The translations under genes were made by a program, and so were the position numbers. A stretch of DNA of 64,000 nt from Tubulanus polymorphus. Its lineage: Eukaryota; Animalia; Nemertea. Every line of letters begins with the position of its first letter. Position 1 is the first letter of the stretch. Below are positions 44,301 through 54,800 of the stretch, in pieces. The notes beneath the pieces are model-generated. The model had not been told where the DNA came from. It did not search any database and was given only the letters and a program-made list of their open reading frames with translations. The stretch lies in the NCBI RefSeq assembly GCF_964204645.1, contig NC_134028.1:8308001-8372000 (forward strand). Direction: 5' to 3'.

Positions 44301-47300
44301 TTCAACATTTCGAGCACCGTCTAAATCACAATTTTGCATGTATTTAAGTATATGCGATAGAAATTACTGATTAGTTTAGATCCAGATAAGTTATTAGTAT
44401 ATTTTATTAGAATCTTTAATTATATTTTAACTTTGATGCTCGATTGATTAAGGTCATTATTCATTAGCTGCAGGATTTCTTGAACGCGATAAATTTAATT
44501 CACTGCGTGCATGATGGTTGGCTGAATTTTATGCTACTGGCTACTACCAGTTACTACTATTCAACAAACATGATTTCGCATTATTTATGCTTTTCTTTAT
44601 AAAGAATAAATGATTGAATTGATTATGGTCCCTGTTCCTTACTCCCGGGGTTGTGTGTATCATCGGTTGATTTGAATTTAAAAAATTGGCCTATCGATTA
44701 TATCAGGGTGAACATCTGTTTACGTAGTTAGTCGACTAGCGGTAGGAGCTAATAAACAGACGTACATAGTTTGGTCTTAACGTATTTCACAGTGTCGGCC
44801 ATTTTGGAAATAGGTCTGAACTACAGCGACTGTGCTCAATCCGATGGTCGACTGTAGTTTCGACAAACTGACATCCGGTTTGCACTTAGTTCGCAGATAG
44901 TCGACTAACTCTGATTGCCAAAATTCGCCCAGGGATCAGTTGCTCAAAAGTTGGTTTAAGATAACCAGAGGATGAATACCATAGTAACAATGAATATGTC
45001 AACTATCCATTGGTTAACTCTAACTTTTGAGCAACTGACCCCAGGCTGTTACACAGAATGACTGATCAAGACTAATGAATCTCTTGATAACGCAGTTATG
45101 AGGAAACTGAAATGAAGAGTCTACTCATCCTGCGAAATGGCCCTCTAGGTCCTGAATGAACTATATACATTCATCAGTAAAACTGTTTATGGTCAGTGGG
45201 TTATATGGCTCTTTCTCATGTTCGTAATTTGTTGATTTCTTAGGCAGGCTGTCCACTTTTTGTACATACGTATATGTGTAATCACTAAATACAGCCTGCT
45301 CATCACCTTGTTAATTCAGTTTATCTCTCGTCTTATTCTTTATCTCTCATTTAATTCCATCGGTTTGATTTGGTTTCTTGTATAAATAAGAGTATATTCA
45401 TCTACAAATCTGTATGTCAATCTACGTATAATGAATCCTGATTAGGTGCCTTCACCTCACGATTGTGATAGACTCCTATTGGTTATGATGTCATGGGCGG
45501 TTGTTTAATGTAGAGGGTTAGTGTTATCGCATCCTCCCGTGCAGGAATTTGAACGGAATCAAGTTATTATTATCGATACCCTTAGTTGACTGCGGGTGCA
45601 TATAGCTATTCTGTGTATCCAGAATAACTATGCTCATAGATATCATAAGATACCTATTGCCGCGATCACACAAGCATTTTTGGCCGGGAACAACTGTTCA
45701 CATTAGTTGCGAAATGTGCCTGTTTGGCGGGGCCAAATTCAGCCCGACTATACAGATTCGGACCAGGTCCGAGCCAAATTTTAGCACGGGACAAATGATT
45801 GCATTTGATATGCAACTGGTTCCAGAAATGACTCATTTTGCTTTGAGTATTTTCTAGTATCGAGTGAGTGGTTTACGTGTGAATGCGCTCTCTTAAATTA
45901 GGCCCGGACCAAATTTGGCTCGAGCCTGATCCAGGCCAAATCATCTACGTGTGAACGCGGCTTATGCTGCACGAATAATATGCATGGAAGGATGGGCTAT
46001 TAGGCTGGCTAGGATTACGATATCATTCACATAACACGAAGTGGCACGCGTACCTGACATGGTTTTCTAAGTGCAGTTCATTGGAAATTATAAACTATAA
46101 GTTCCGTGAATTGCAAAAAAAGTTTGTGAAACTAAAACTGTTCAATACAAATCTGTCTGCTTATGATTTTCGTATGGCTTGGATTAGTTATTATTCTTGT
46201 TTACTTTTATTTGCTTCTCTATGGTTTGCTTCTTTACACTGTAGCAATGATGCATGCTTTTCAATGTGTTCAGATCCTCTTTTTGTTTCGGTTTCGTTCC
46301 TGATCTCGTAACGCGTGAGACACACTCGCTGCACTGGTACTTAATACAATAGAAACTCGATACTAGTCGTATAGATATGCTACTCGATACAGATGACTGG
46401 TCGTATTGAAAATAAAATTGGAATTAAAATTCAATTCCCAATGTTAATGAAAAAAGCTCACGAAAATGTATTCATATGATTCAAACTTTGAAGTTTCCCT
46501 TTCATTCTCCTCTGGTTTCCGAACAAGATGATTCCAATAGAACTCACTTATTTCGTATGACTAGCCTGGTATCGGCCAGATTTCTCCTAATTAAGTAAAA
46601 TTCTAATGATTAATAGTTTACATGGTTCCAGGTAAAATGGACCACATATTTCATCCGAATTGAATGAAATTGAAAAATCCGAATTTAGCGAGTTCTACTG
46701 AAATTTCTGACGATGCTACCATCATCTATACCGACACTATTAGTCAATCTCTGTTTTTATAACGCTGAGAGGCAAGTTGACTATAGGGTTGAATCCAGTT
46801 GAATATAGAGAGAGTTGCTCCATCCCCGAACCGACGGTTGTTGCGCCGGACAGCTCTGATCTCGTTAAAAGTGGAGAGATTGCAGGCATGTGAATCACAC
46901 ATTTTCTCCTCTTCACACCTACACACTCGCTTACACCATACTTACTATGGACCTCCCGACAAGTTAATATCATATTAAGATAAATTCATTAGATAGTTAG
47001 GGTAATCTATTTATTCAGTATTCAAATTCTTGGGACCAAATGCTCAAAAGTTGGATAAAGATAATCGGCCGTTGAATACCATAGTAACAATGGACTTTTA
47101 ATTGTTGCTATGTTAACTCAAATCAACCTTTGAGCAACTGCAGTCCATCTGGGTCCAGTTCCACAGTTCTGAGTTAAGATTTGATTCTGGGTTAACTCAT
47201 TGAAAATGAACTAACTTTAACTCAGAGTTAACTCTAACTCATGACTGTGGAACTGGATCCAGCTGCATTTTTGGTCAGTTTTGGCAGAAAATGATTTGCT

Positions 47301-48692
47301 ACCTATGAACGCTTTTCGTTTCGTGTTCATAAGCGGAGAGAAAAATCATACACATTTCTTTATAAAAAGTTAACAAGTTGCTGCTAGTGTGTAGTAGCTT
47401 CGTCAAGGTAAATGAGTCATTTAGTGATGAAGCTGCTATGCGCTAGCAGCGAAAGCTCGTAATTTCAAATAGAATCAATTAACCTACACAGTACTGCCTG
47501 TTTACAAGTTTAATTTGATACCAGGTCGAAGCGGCTCCTATACTACGACTCCTAACAAAAACTTAATGATTAATTGTATCTTGATATCTATTTTAAAAAA
47601 TTCACGTATTCTGGAAATATATATTTATTGAATCCAATCTTTAATTTATTAAAATCCAGTTTTTTATGCACACGTTTTACGTATAATTGATTTACTGTAT
47701 ATCCGTGCACCAGTTGCTTTTTTCAATTATAAATGGTTTAATTTTTCTAATGATGTCCCTTTTCTTTCTCTCTCTCTCTCTTCTGTTCCCCCGCTGATTT
47801 TATCGGTGTTGTAGCTGTGAAGTTTTCTGTTGTAAAGAGCCAGTCAATGCCCACATTCAGTTCTACACGGTTTCACTCCCCTCCTCGCAAACGCACCAAC
47901 GCCAACAAACAGCAACCATCTCCTAAACCAAAGTGTCGCACTTCGAAATCGAAACAGTCGGCGTCTAATGACGTCGCTTCAAATGTGGGTATTACAGACA
48001 AACAGTCGAACGAAGATCGTCACGGAACGGCCACACCAGTCAACGGGAAAAATGGCACCACGAAAGACGACGACGACATCTCCAGCCCTGAGGATCGCGA
48101 GTCCCTGCGCGATAAACTGCTACACCGTCAGGACTCGCTGCGTAAATGCCGCGAAGAGTTCTACATGAATTCGACGGACGCGTTAGACAATGTGCCGTAC
48201 GCGGCGCCGCGCAAAGACTGGAAGAGCATCTCGCTCGAGCGACGCCAGGACAACCGGATGACGCGGTCGGACTATGGCGCGACGAGCAGCTCGACGTCGG
48301 CGCTGTCATACCCGATGATGCGTGCGGCCAGCCTCGAGAGCGTGACGTCGCCGACGTCGGAGAAGATCGTCTGCAACTGCGACGGCGGGTCGCACAAGGA
48401 CAGCGCGTCGTCGTTCCACACGCCGCCGTTGACGCGTATCGAACGGTCGTTCCCGCGTTACTCCCCGCCCCCACCTCCTCCTATACACCTTCACTCCGAT
48501 ATCTATAACACGGCGTTCGCGCTGCAGTCTCTCGGCGACGGCTGGTCGGACTATTTGAGCAAAGTGCGCAACATCACCGAAGGCCACATGAACAAACGCT
48601 CGTCGTTCGGGGATGGAAGCCAATCGACTAAATCAGGAGGTATGATTCACTCTCTCTCAGTCTCTCCGTGTGTACTTCGATGGCGCATGGCG

Positions 48693-48723
<31 letters not shown>

Positions 48724-51700
48724 TTCTTTTCTCAGTGTCGTCGTAGTAGTGATTGTTGCATGTTGCTTTTAATCATTCCCTTCAGAGTCTTCTCATCGTA
48801 TCATCTCTATTCAGCGGTGTGGTTTGGCGTGTCGGATTCCTCCCGTGCTTGGTCGTCGATAGATAGAATCATGCATGGTTAGGCTGGTGTTTTTGGAAGC
48901 TTTTCGGGTTTCGTTTTTGTTATTGTTTTTTCATCTCATACGATTAAACGTACACGTAGACTTTCCTCATTTCCTGTGTAGTTTTTCTTTGAATAGAAGC
49001 TTTTTCTAGTCGGCTTGTAGAGGTAGTGTAGGTGGATTGGATTTTTTTTGCTCATTCTGTCTCAACTTTCTAAGCATGACGTAGTATGTAGATGTACTAA
49101 TCAATATTACTAAAATAGCTGGATCCTGGAATTTATGCTATAGCTCCCTTTTATCTTACTTTTATCTTACACATGAAAATCTTGGTGTGTTTTTGTCAGC
49201 ATATTTTGTGTGCAAAAAGCATCCTTAAAGCTTCTTTAGATTTTCCGATCATCTGGCAAATATGTAATTGAAGTGAAATCTTTTATGTAATGTGGTTTTA
49301 AAGTGAAATCTTTTATTCCTTGATGTATCAAACCTTGGAAATACCTTAAGCCTTATACGCTCTCTAATTGGATGCTGGTAAGATTTTCAGTGACGAAGGA
49401 AAATTTATATTGTAATTTCTAATTACGTGGTACCGCAAAAAACCCAATTCTATGTATATCGACATCAAGCTAAACTTGTTCTGCATGTATTTAAGTACGT
49501 GAATCTTCAATGGTTATGAAATAATGTATATCGTGCTTCCAAACTGTACGTCATGTCATCACTTTCTGTGTCAAGGTCATATCATATACAACAATTTAAT
49601 CTGATTTAATTCTGAATAGTTACAGTACCTAATCGTGGAAAGTCAGAACATTTTTTTTCGAATGAAAGATAGAATTGATAGAAATATCAGGATGTGTTCC
49701 AAGATTTTGCTCGGAGGTCTGAAATGTTTTTAACGGGGTTTTCTTTCTAACGGTATCGAAGGATTTATTATATCGGGATATTATTTGATTTTAGAAATCG
49801 AATTCAGCTCTGAGCCGATGTGTATGTCGCATTCGTTTACTGGTGGTTCGTCGCCGTGTATGGGACAGCGTAGTAGTTTGAATAACTCACCCGTATCTGG
49901 TAGTCCGAGTCTCGCTCCGCGTAGTCCGTCTGATCATAACGTGCCGGCAGTCGCTGCTGCTATTGACAGGTAAAATATCTGGACCTATGTATAGAGAATC
50001 CCACACTAATATTACGAAAGATAAAGTCTGAAAAATTTCCTTTCAGCTATAAATCTATTCATCCGACATGTCGACTATGTCCTAATAGTCATCTTCAGGA
50101 ATTAATTCATCTTCATCTTCCTGAAGATGACTATTAGAATATAGTCGAAACATCAGGATGAATAAATTTATAGCTGAAACTTTTCGGACATTATCTTTCT
50201 TATATTAGTGTTGGATTCTCGAAATATTGTCCAACACGGAATAGTGTTTCATCAACTGGTTACATCTGGACCCAGTTCGCAGCCGCCGAGTGGAAATTAG
50301 TTCCGTTTCAATTACTTTTTAGCCTTTCATTCATATGAAACTCACAGTACTGAGATTGCGTTCCGCTTTTTCTTCAAACATCTGTTCGCTCATTTTTATA
50401 CTTGATTGATCCTCCTGGAATAGATGGCTGGCTGCACCAGCCCACAAAACCGTTAGAATACTGTTTAACCTTTTCAGTGCGTCTACATCGCATTGCGGTG
50501 TATAAATTTGTGATGGACTTTGCTAGTATGCCACACCACGGTGCATTGATGTAATTAGTAATGAGTTTTTATCTCTGTTGAAAGATGGCAGCACATCTCA
50601 AACAAACAGTGAAATATTGATAACTAACGATACACTGCACCATGGTGTAGACGCACTTAAGCAGTGAGCCTATTATACAATACACTAGGGTAGAATATGT
50701 TTGAATTTTCTTACATTTTAAAGTTATCTACAGTATTTTTGGGTAGTAATTAGTCAGCACTGAGGTTGAAGTCAAATCGTTGCAATTTGGCTGATGTCTT
50801 ACCTGGATTCATGAATGCAGCCATCTTTTTTCCCTGGAAGGGTCTTAGAGGCTACGGTGAAATAAATGAATAGTAGACTCGGCGTATATTATGTACGCTG
50901 AGTCTACTGAAGTTACAGGTTTCAGGGATAGCAATAAACGGTAAAATATTCCTGCTTTCATACCCTTGCTAATGATTGTTGTAAATCGGATCAATTTTAA
51001 CGCTTGCCGAGTTCTAATAGGATTATAGATTGAAACGCTTTAAACTAATCGAATTGAATTGCTTGGCTAAAGGCAAATAGAGACTACCATGTAGAAACTA
51101 TATCCGTGTATTAGAAAAATCTGCTTATTGAAACTTGATGCAGTTCACGAATTGTGAACCAGGACGCGGTTCCATAGTTGCGAGTTCGAGTTAACTCTGA
51201 GTTGAAATTAGTGTATTTTTGATTTTTTAATTCAGAGTCAAATCTTGGAACTGTGGAACTGGATCCAGGATTTGACTAAGATGTTTAAGTAATTTGATAG
51301 TCATATAAGTCAACCGAAAAATTTTAGAACTAAATACGAATTCTGCTTATTTTTCAGTCCAAGTGGGGGTAAGAGGAGCCCCAAGTTAAACCGACGAGTT
51401 ACGAAAACGAAGAAAGGACTGGCGCCACCACCTCCTCAGATACAACATTCATCAGATCAACATACGTCGGTTCCGAATTCGTCGACGGACAGCGGTAGCG
51501 ATTTGGAAACTACGTCTACGTCACCCGATAGACCTGTATCCGATCATTTAGACAGACCGGTCCCGCCGGCGAATAAACCATGCTACAGTCCGCGAACGTC
51601 GTATACCGAGACGAATCCGCCTCCGATACCCGAGCGTCCATCTCAGCCGCCGCCGGGACCGCCCGTAGCGCACGCTCCACCGTCGGTAGTACCACATCCG

Positions 51701-51838
51701 GCTCTGCCGATATCCCCGAAAGAGCGCAAGGGCAGCACCGGCGGGGGCCATCGTCCTACTCGACCGGGTCCGCCGCCCCCTCCTCCGCCTCGGTCCGACG
51801 AGCAGAAACCTGAAATCGACGAAGAGACTAAATTATAA
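25206..51838 (+). CDS. ARHGAP44: BAR-domain Rho GTPase-activating protein, ARHGAP44/ARHGAP17 (RICH2/RICH1) family; ~661 aa core isoform
   Basis: Exons 25206-25276, 36057-36198, 36484-36557, 37777-37888, 38762-38838, 39489-39594, 39692-39760, 39969-40050, 40796-40923, 41311-41358, 41463-41526, 42476-42560, 42659-42733, 43651-43767, 44216-44295, 49795-49969 and 51358-51838 total 1986 nt with compatible phases. Motifs: N-BAR (RVKQIADQNLGRAEKTE; LVLDMDSARAR), RhoGAP (EEGLFRVAG arginine finger, ALKLYFRELPEPL, NKMSSSNIAIVMGPNL, HADWFFPGEIEF), Pro-rich tail ending ETKL*. Probably co-orthologous to both vertebrate paralogs. Confidence 0.92.
27305..27423. repeat. 36-bp minisatellite, ~3.3 copies
   Basis: CGACTCGCAGG..G.CCTAAA.GC.CCAGAGCTCA units start at 27305, 27341, 27377 and 27413. 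Confidence 0.9.
30873..31154. mobile_element. ~280-bp MITE family; further copies at ~5060-5322, ~29170-29432, ~45660-45962, ~56595-56838
   Basis: Shared core GCATTTTTGGCC...ACTGTTCACAC...GAATTGCAACTGGTTCCAGAAATGACTC...GTGGTTTACATGTGAA with short TIRs AGCCGC.ATC / GAT.GCGGCT. Confidence 0.75.
31995..33025. mobile_element. Element with ~130-bp imperfect terminal inverted repeats, interrupted by a (TA)n-containing insertion
   Basis: CTCACACAGAACACCTTAAATAA (~32041) is inverted at TTATTTAAGGGGTTCTGTGTGAG (~32968), and the flanking segments also pair. A half copy lies at ~24180-24315. Confidence 0.65.
32222..32313. repeat. (TA)n microsatellite
   Basis: ~90 bp of TA with one interruption. Shorter TA runs at ~48693-48718 and ~52400-52433. 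Confidence 0.95.
33520..33784. mobile_element. CAGGGG(C/T)GGATC-type MITE group; relatives at ~5968-6150, ~27830-28078, ~37972-38097, ~41625-41905, ~52142-52345, ~63067-63316
   Basis: CAGGGTGGATCTAGG ... TTGGATCCACCCCTG termini recur with divergent interiors. Confidence 0.6.
34476..34750. mobile_element. piggyBac-like MITE family; further copies at ~50465-50770, ~52886-53160 (inverted), ~57714-57810 (partial)
   Basis: TTAA|CCCTTTCAGTGC ... GCACGGAAAGGG|TTAA, with shared core AAAGATGGCA.CAC and TAATTAGTCAGCAC. Confidence 0.8.
36657..36935 (+). mobile_element. tRNA-derived SINE
   Basis: GGGGCGG start, A-box-like TGGGCGAGTGA, B box GGTTCGAACCC (36711-36721), central CCTAGGAGTAAATGGATACC (resembles the Nin/Deu-type conserved domain), and tail GTAAAGCGCTCCGAGCA. 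No tRNA 3' acceptor stem. Confidence 0.7.
39786..39898. mobile_element. ~110-bp hairpin MITE family A; copies at ~47150-47262 (inverted), ~51160-51270, ~56330-56438, ~62583-62699, partial ~15768
   Basis: TIR G..CCAGTTCCACAG / CTGTGGAACTGG..C, core GAGTTAACTCTGAGTTAA.TTAGTTCATTTTCAA, CWG flanks (Harbinger-like). Confidence 0.8.
40391..40629. mobile_element. hAT-like MITE family; copies at ~4366-4640 and ~61200-61492 (inverted)
   Basis: CAGGGTGGCCACTTACCTGGAA...CAGGGAA...ATCAAACAG...ACCACCCTG shared between the copies. Confidence 0.7.
44932..45041. mobile_element. ~110-bp hairpin MITE family B; copies at ~28850-28951, ~42279-42385, ~47032-47141, ~56205-56325
   Basis: CAG|GGATCAGTTGCTCAAAAGTTGG ... 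AACTTTTGAGCAACTGACCC|CAG, core ATACCATAGTAACAATG. Confidence 0.8.
47815..48639 (+). CDS. ARHGAP44: Probable large alternative (cassette) coding exon of the RhoGAP, 275 codons, Ser/Pro/charged-rich
   Basis: Long CT-rich pyrimidine tract then GTAG|CT acceptor (47814/47815) and GAG|GTATGA donor (48639/48640). It is 825 nt, phase 1-1, open throughout (ORF 47817-48746), and GC/CpG-rich against AT-rich flanks. Confidence 0.7.
49994..50220. mobile_element. Penelope-like inverted repeat remnant with minimal hammerhead core (50121-50154)
   Basis: Arms ~49994-50100 and ~50119-50220 are reverse complements. The right arm reads CTGAAGA-T-GACTAT-tagaat-ATAGTC-GAAA-CA-TC. A single-arm relative lies at ~30262-30380. 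Confidence 0.65.
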
Positions 51839-54800
51839 TAAAGTTGAATTCTAGTATCGGGTTTATTTAGTAAATTCAGGGGTCTAGTATCGATCGAATG
51901 GGATACCGGCACCCTGCCCGGGTTCACTAGTTGCTTCTCATCTCCATTATCCGCGCTTCAATGCCTCATACGTTTCAATCGGATCTGTTAATGAATCCCT
52001 GAAGTAAATCATGAATTGATAAAATAACAAGCTACTGATTTATGTATATGAATCTAATATCAAGACATCATTTTGGAGGCTCAAATGATATTTGATTGTT
52101 TGAATGGAGAAAATTTAGTTCGACTGTTAGTCATACCATCTCAGCGGCGGATCCAGAGGCCAATTGAAGATTTGTCACATCCCAAAAGGGAATGCATCCC
52201 GCATTGAAATGCACCACTTGAAGTCCCCCCTGATTGGCCCCTACATCTGGTGGTGTGCCGGTACCCCAATGGTCGACGGACCCCCAGAGCGGACCAAATA
52301 AAGTTGTTGAATGAAAATGATGATTTGAAACGGTAGTGCCCCTGTTGATAGATATAATACGAAATAGGATTATATTTCCGGCAATGCCAGTTTGATTTAC
52401 TATATATATATAGATATATATATATATATATATAGATATGTATACAGTATATATTTGTGGAAAACAAATTTATCGCAACTACATGAAAAAAAAATCAGTG
52501 TGAAAATGTATATTTTCGGTTTCCGATTTAAGATGTTTTTAATGAGTCTATGGCATATTACCGTACGTATATATGATACGAATTTTCACCCATTCGCGTA
52601 GATCTATGTATTTATATCTTGTATAAATGGAAAAACTGTATTTTTTTCTGCATGTTTGTACGATGATTGTACATGTATGAATATGGTCTTCGGAATTATG
52701 GTCAGAAACATTTCGTCCTTTCTCTCGAAGTAACGAAACTACTGTCCACTGAATGAATATGCGTTTAACTTAATACGGTGAAATCCACTTAATCTGGATC
52801 ATCTGCGGGTGTCTGTGGCAATCGACGATTCCGCTTGATCTGCCGGGTTAGATAGTAGTTTGTTTGTCATGCGCGCTTCGGTTTCTTAACCCTTTCATTG
52901 CTGACTAATTGATACACTTCAGTGCTGGAGATGATTTGAAAATTTTTTTTAATTCAACCTCAGCTTGTTGAATAATAGACAAAATGCGTCTACACCGCTA
53001 TACAGTGTATTGTTGGTTACTAATGTTTAACTGAGTTTTACAGGTGCTGCCATCTTTCATTTGAGATGAAATCTAATAACTAATTACATTAATACGCCAC
53101 GGTGCAATGTACTAGCACAGTCCATCACTGATTTACACACCACACGGTGGTGTAGACACAGTGGCGAACTTTTCGATAAAACTCGAACCATCTTTTGTCT
53201 TAGGTAAAATCAATTATCAACCAACATTAAGTAGAAACGTGGTCCGGATTGAGCTGGGTTTTTCTGTAATGGTCACAAATTGTTTAACTCACAAAACAGA
53301 TATGTAATAGAATGCTTATACATGTAATATGTTTGCTGCAATAATTATTCTAGATGATTTCTAAACCAATAGACTGCTAAACCAGAATATCTATAACCAG
53401 TATGAGTCTGACTGACTTATTGCCGTAAGAAGTTCACTACTTTACTTATTAGCATTATTCAAGACCCATTCAAGTGGTGATGAATTATCGTATGTAGATG
53501 TTAAGTACATGTAGATTAGATAGTTATGTCTACATCGAAGTTAAGTATCTATCAAAGCCTAATTTTCAGTTGAATACCGGATATGTACTGTGAGATAACT
53601 GGGGCTGAGTGAATTTGAGGTGCATCCACTCCAAGGGAGAACCTCAAGCTCTGGTTGCCTCCTTTATGGTTCACCACAATAATTTGGTTTTGAGGTACGG
53701 TAGGTAGTATTGCTTTTCGGTTGCCTTTTCTACCATCAACCAGGTGAGCACTGTATTCAGGAGGTTATAGGCGAACTAGGTTTCTTTCTCCCCGACGCAG
53801 GAAGGGAAGAGCCATCGACCAAGAAATTCAGCAACTGCCCCGATTCAAATCCATGAACTCTCGAATCGGCAAGATCATTTTGCTTTGCTTTGTACACCTC
53901 TCCATTATCAGCGCAGACTGTTTTAAATCATGGGAAAAGCTACTTTCATGGGCCTGTTTTATCGACCAGTTTTAACTTAAACCCAGGGGTTAACTCACTT
54001 GACTATTAGTTTTCAAAAAGTTTAAATTTGTCTAAAAAAACCAGTCCAAGGTTATTTCAAACTCGAGATTATTAACTCCTTGTGGACATAACTTTCATAT
54101 CTGTCCTATGTACCGGGTATGTCATCGGCGAAATGTTTAGATTTCTGTAAATAATGTAATATTGTCACCAAGCCACTTTACTGTCTTGCTCATCGTGTGG
54201 TGGCGAATTATTTTGTTTTTAGATGTGATTTTTATAAAACGAAAGCTTTGATTGTGATAAATCTGTGTTAACATTGTTAGTAACACTGTATCGTAAAGAG
54301 CGAGGTTGATTCTTAATGGAGGTTATGAGGTCTCTTGTTTTACTGGCTCTTTGATGAGACACGTGTTAATGTTTTTCCATACACACACAAGCAGTGCTCA
54401 CAGTTGCTATCTGTTACCTGTAATTTTCGTAAAGTTGTCTCTTATTACCTCCTAAAAGATGGAATATTGCCTCAGAGCTAGCACAAAATGTCTTTCTCAT
54501 GACCAGAAAAATTGCATGTGATCGAATTTTAAGAACAGAGGCCAGTTTCACAGACACATAATGATTTTCATTGCAGATGGTCTGACAATGCGAATCATCC
54601 ACACAAACATGCGTGTGAGGCATTAGTGAATAAGATCCCTGTTCTTTATCCCAAACAAAAAATGCAAGTTGTCGATAGGTCGATCATTCCCTTAAGCTCC
54701 CATTTTTCACCTTGAAATTCCCCTAATGCTAGCCATATATTTCCCGGCTCATGGACCTCTTTGATCTAATTCTGCAGTTATGAAATCTAACTCAAGATTC

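Noticed and set aside
48040-48623. Antisense and alternate-frame ORFs (144, 120 and 105 aa)
   Set aside because: Shadows of the GC-rich RhoGAP cassette exon.
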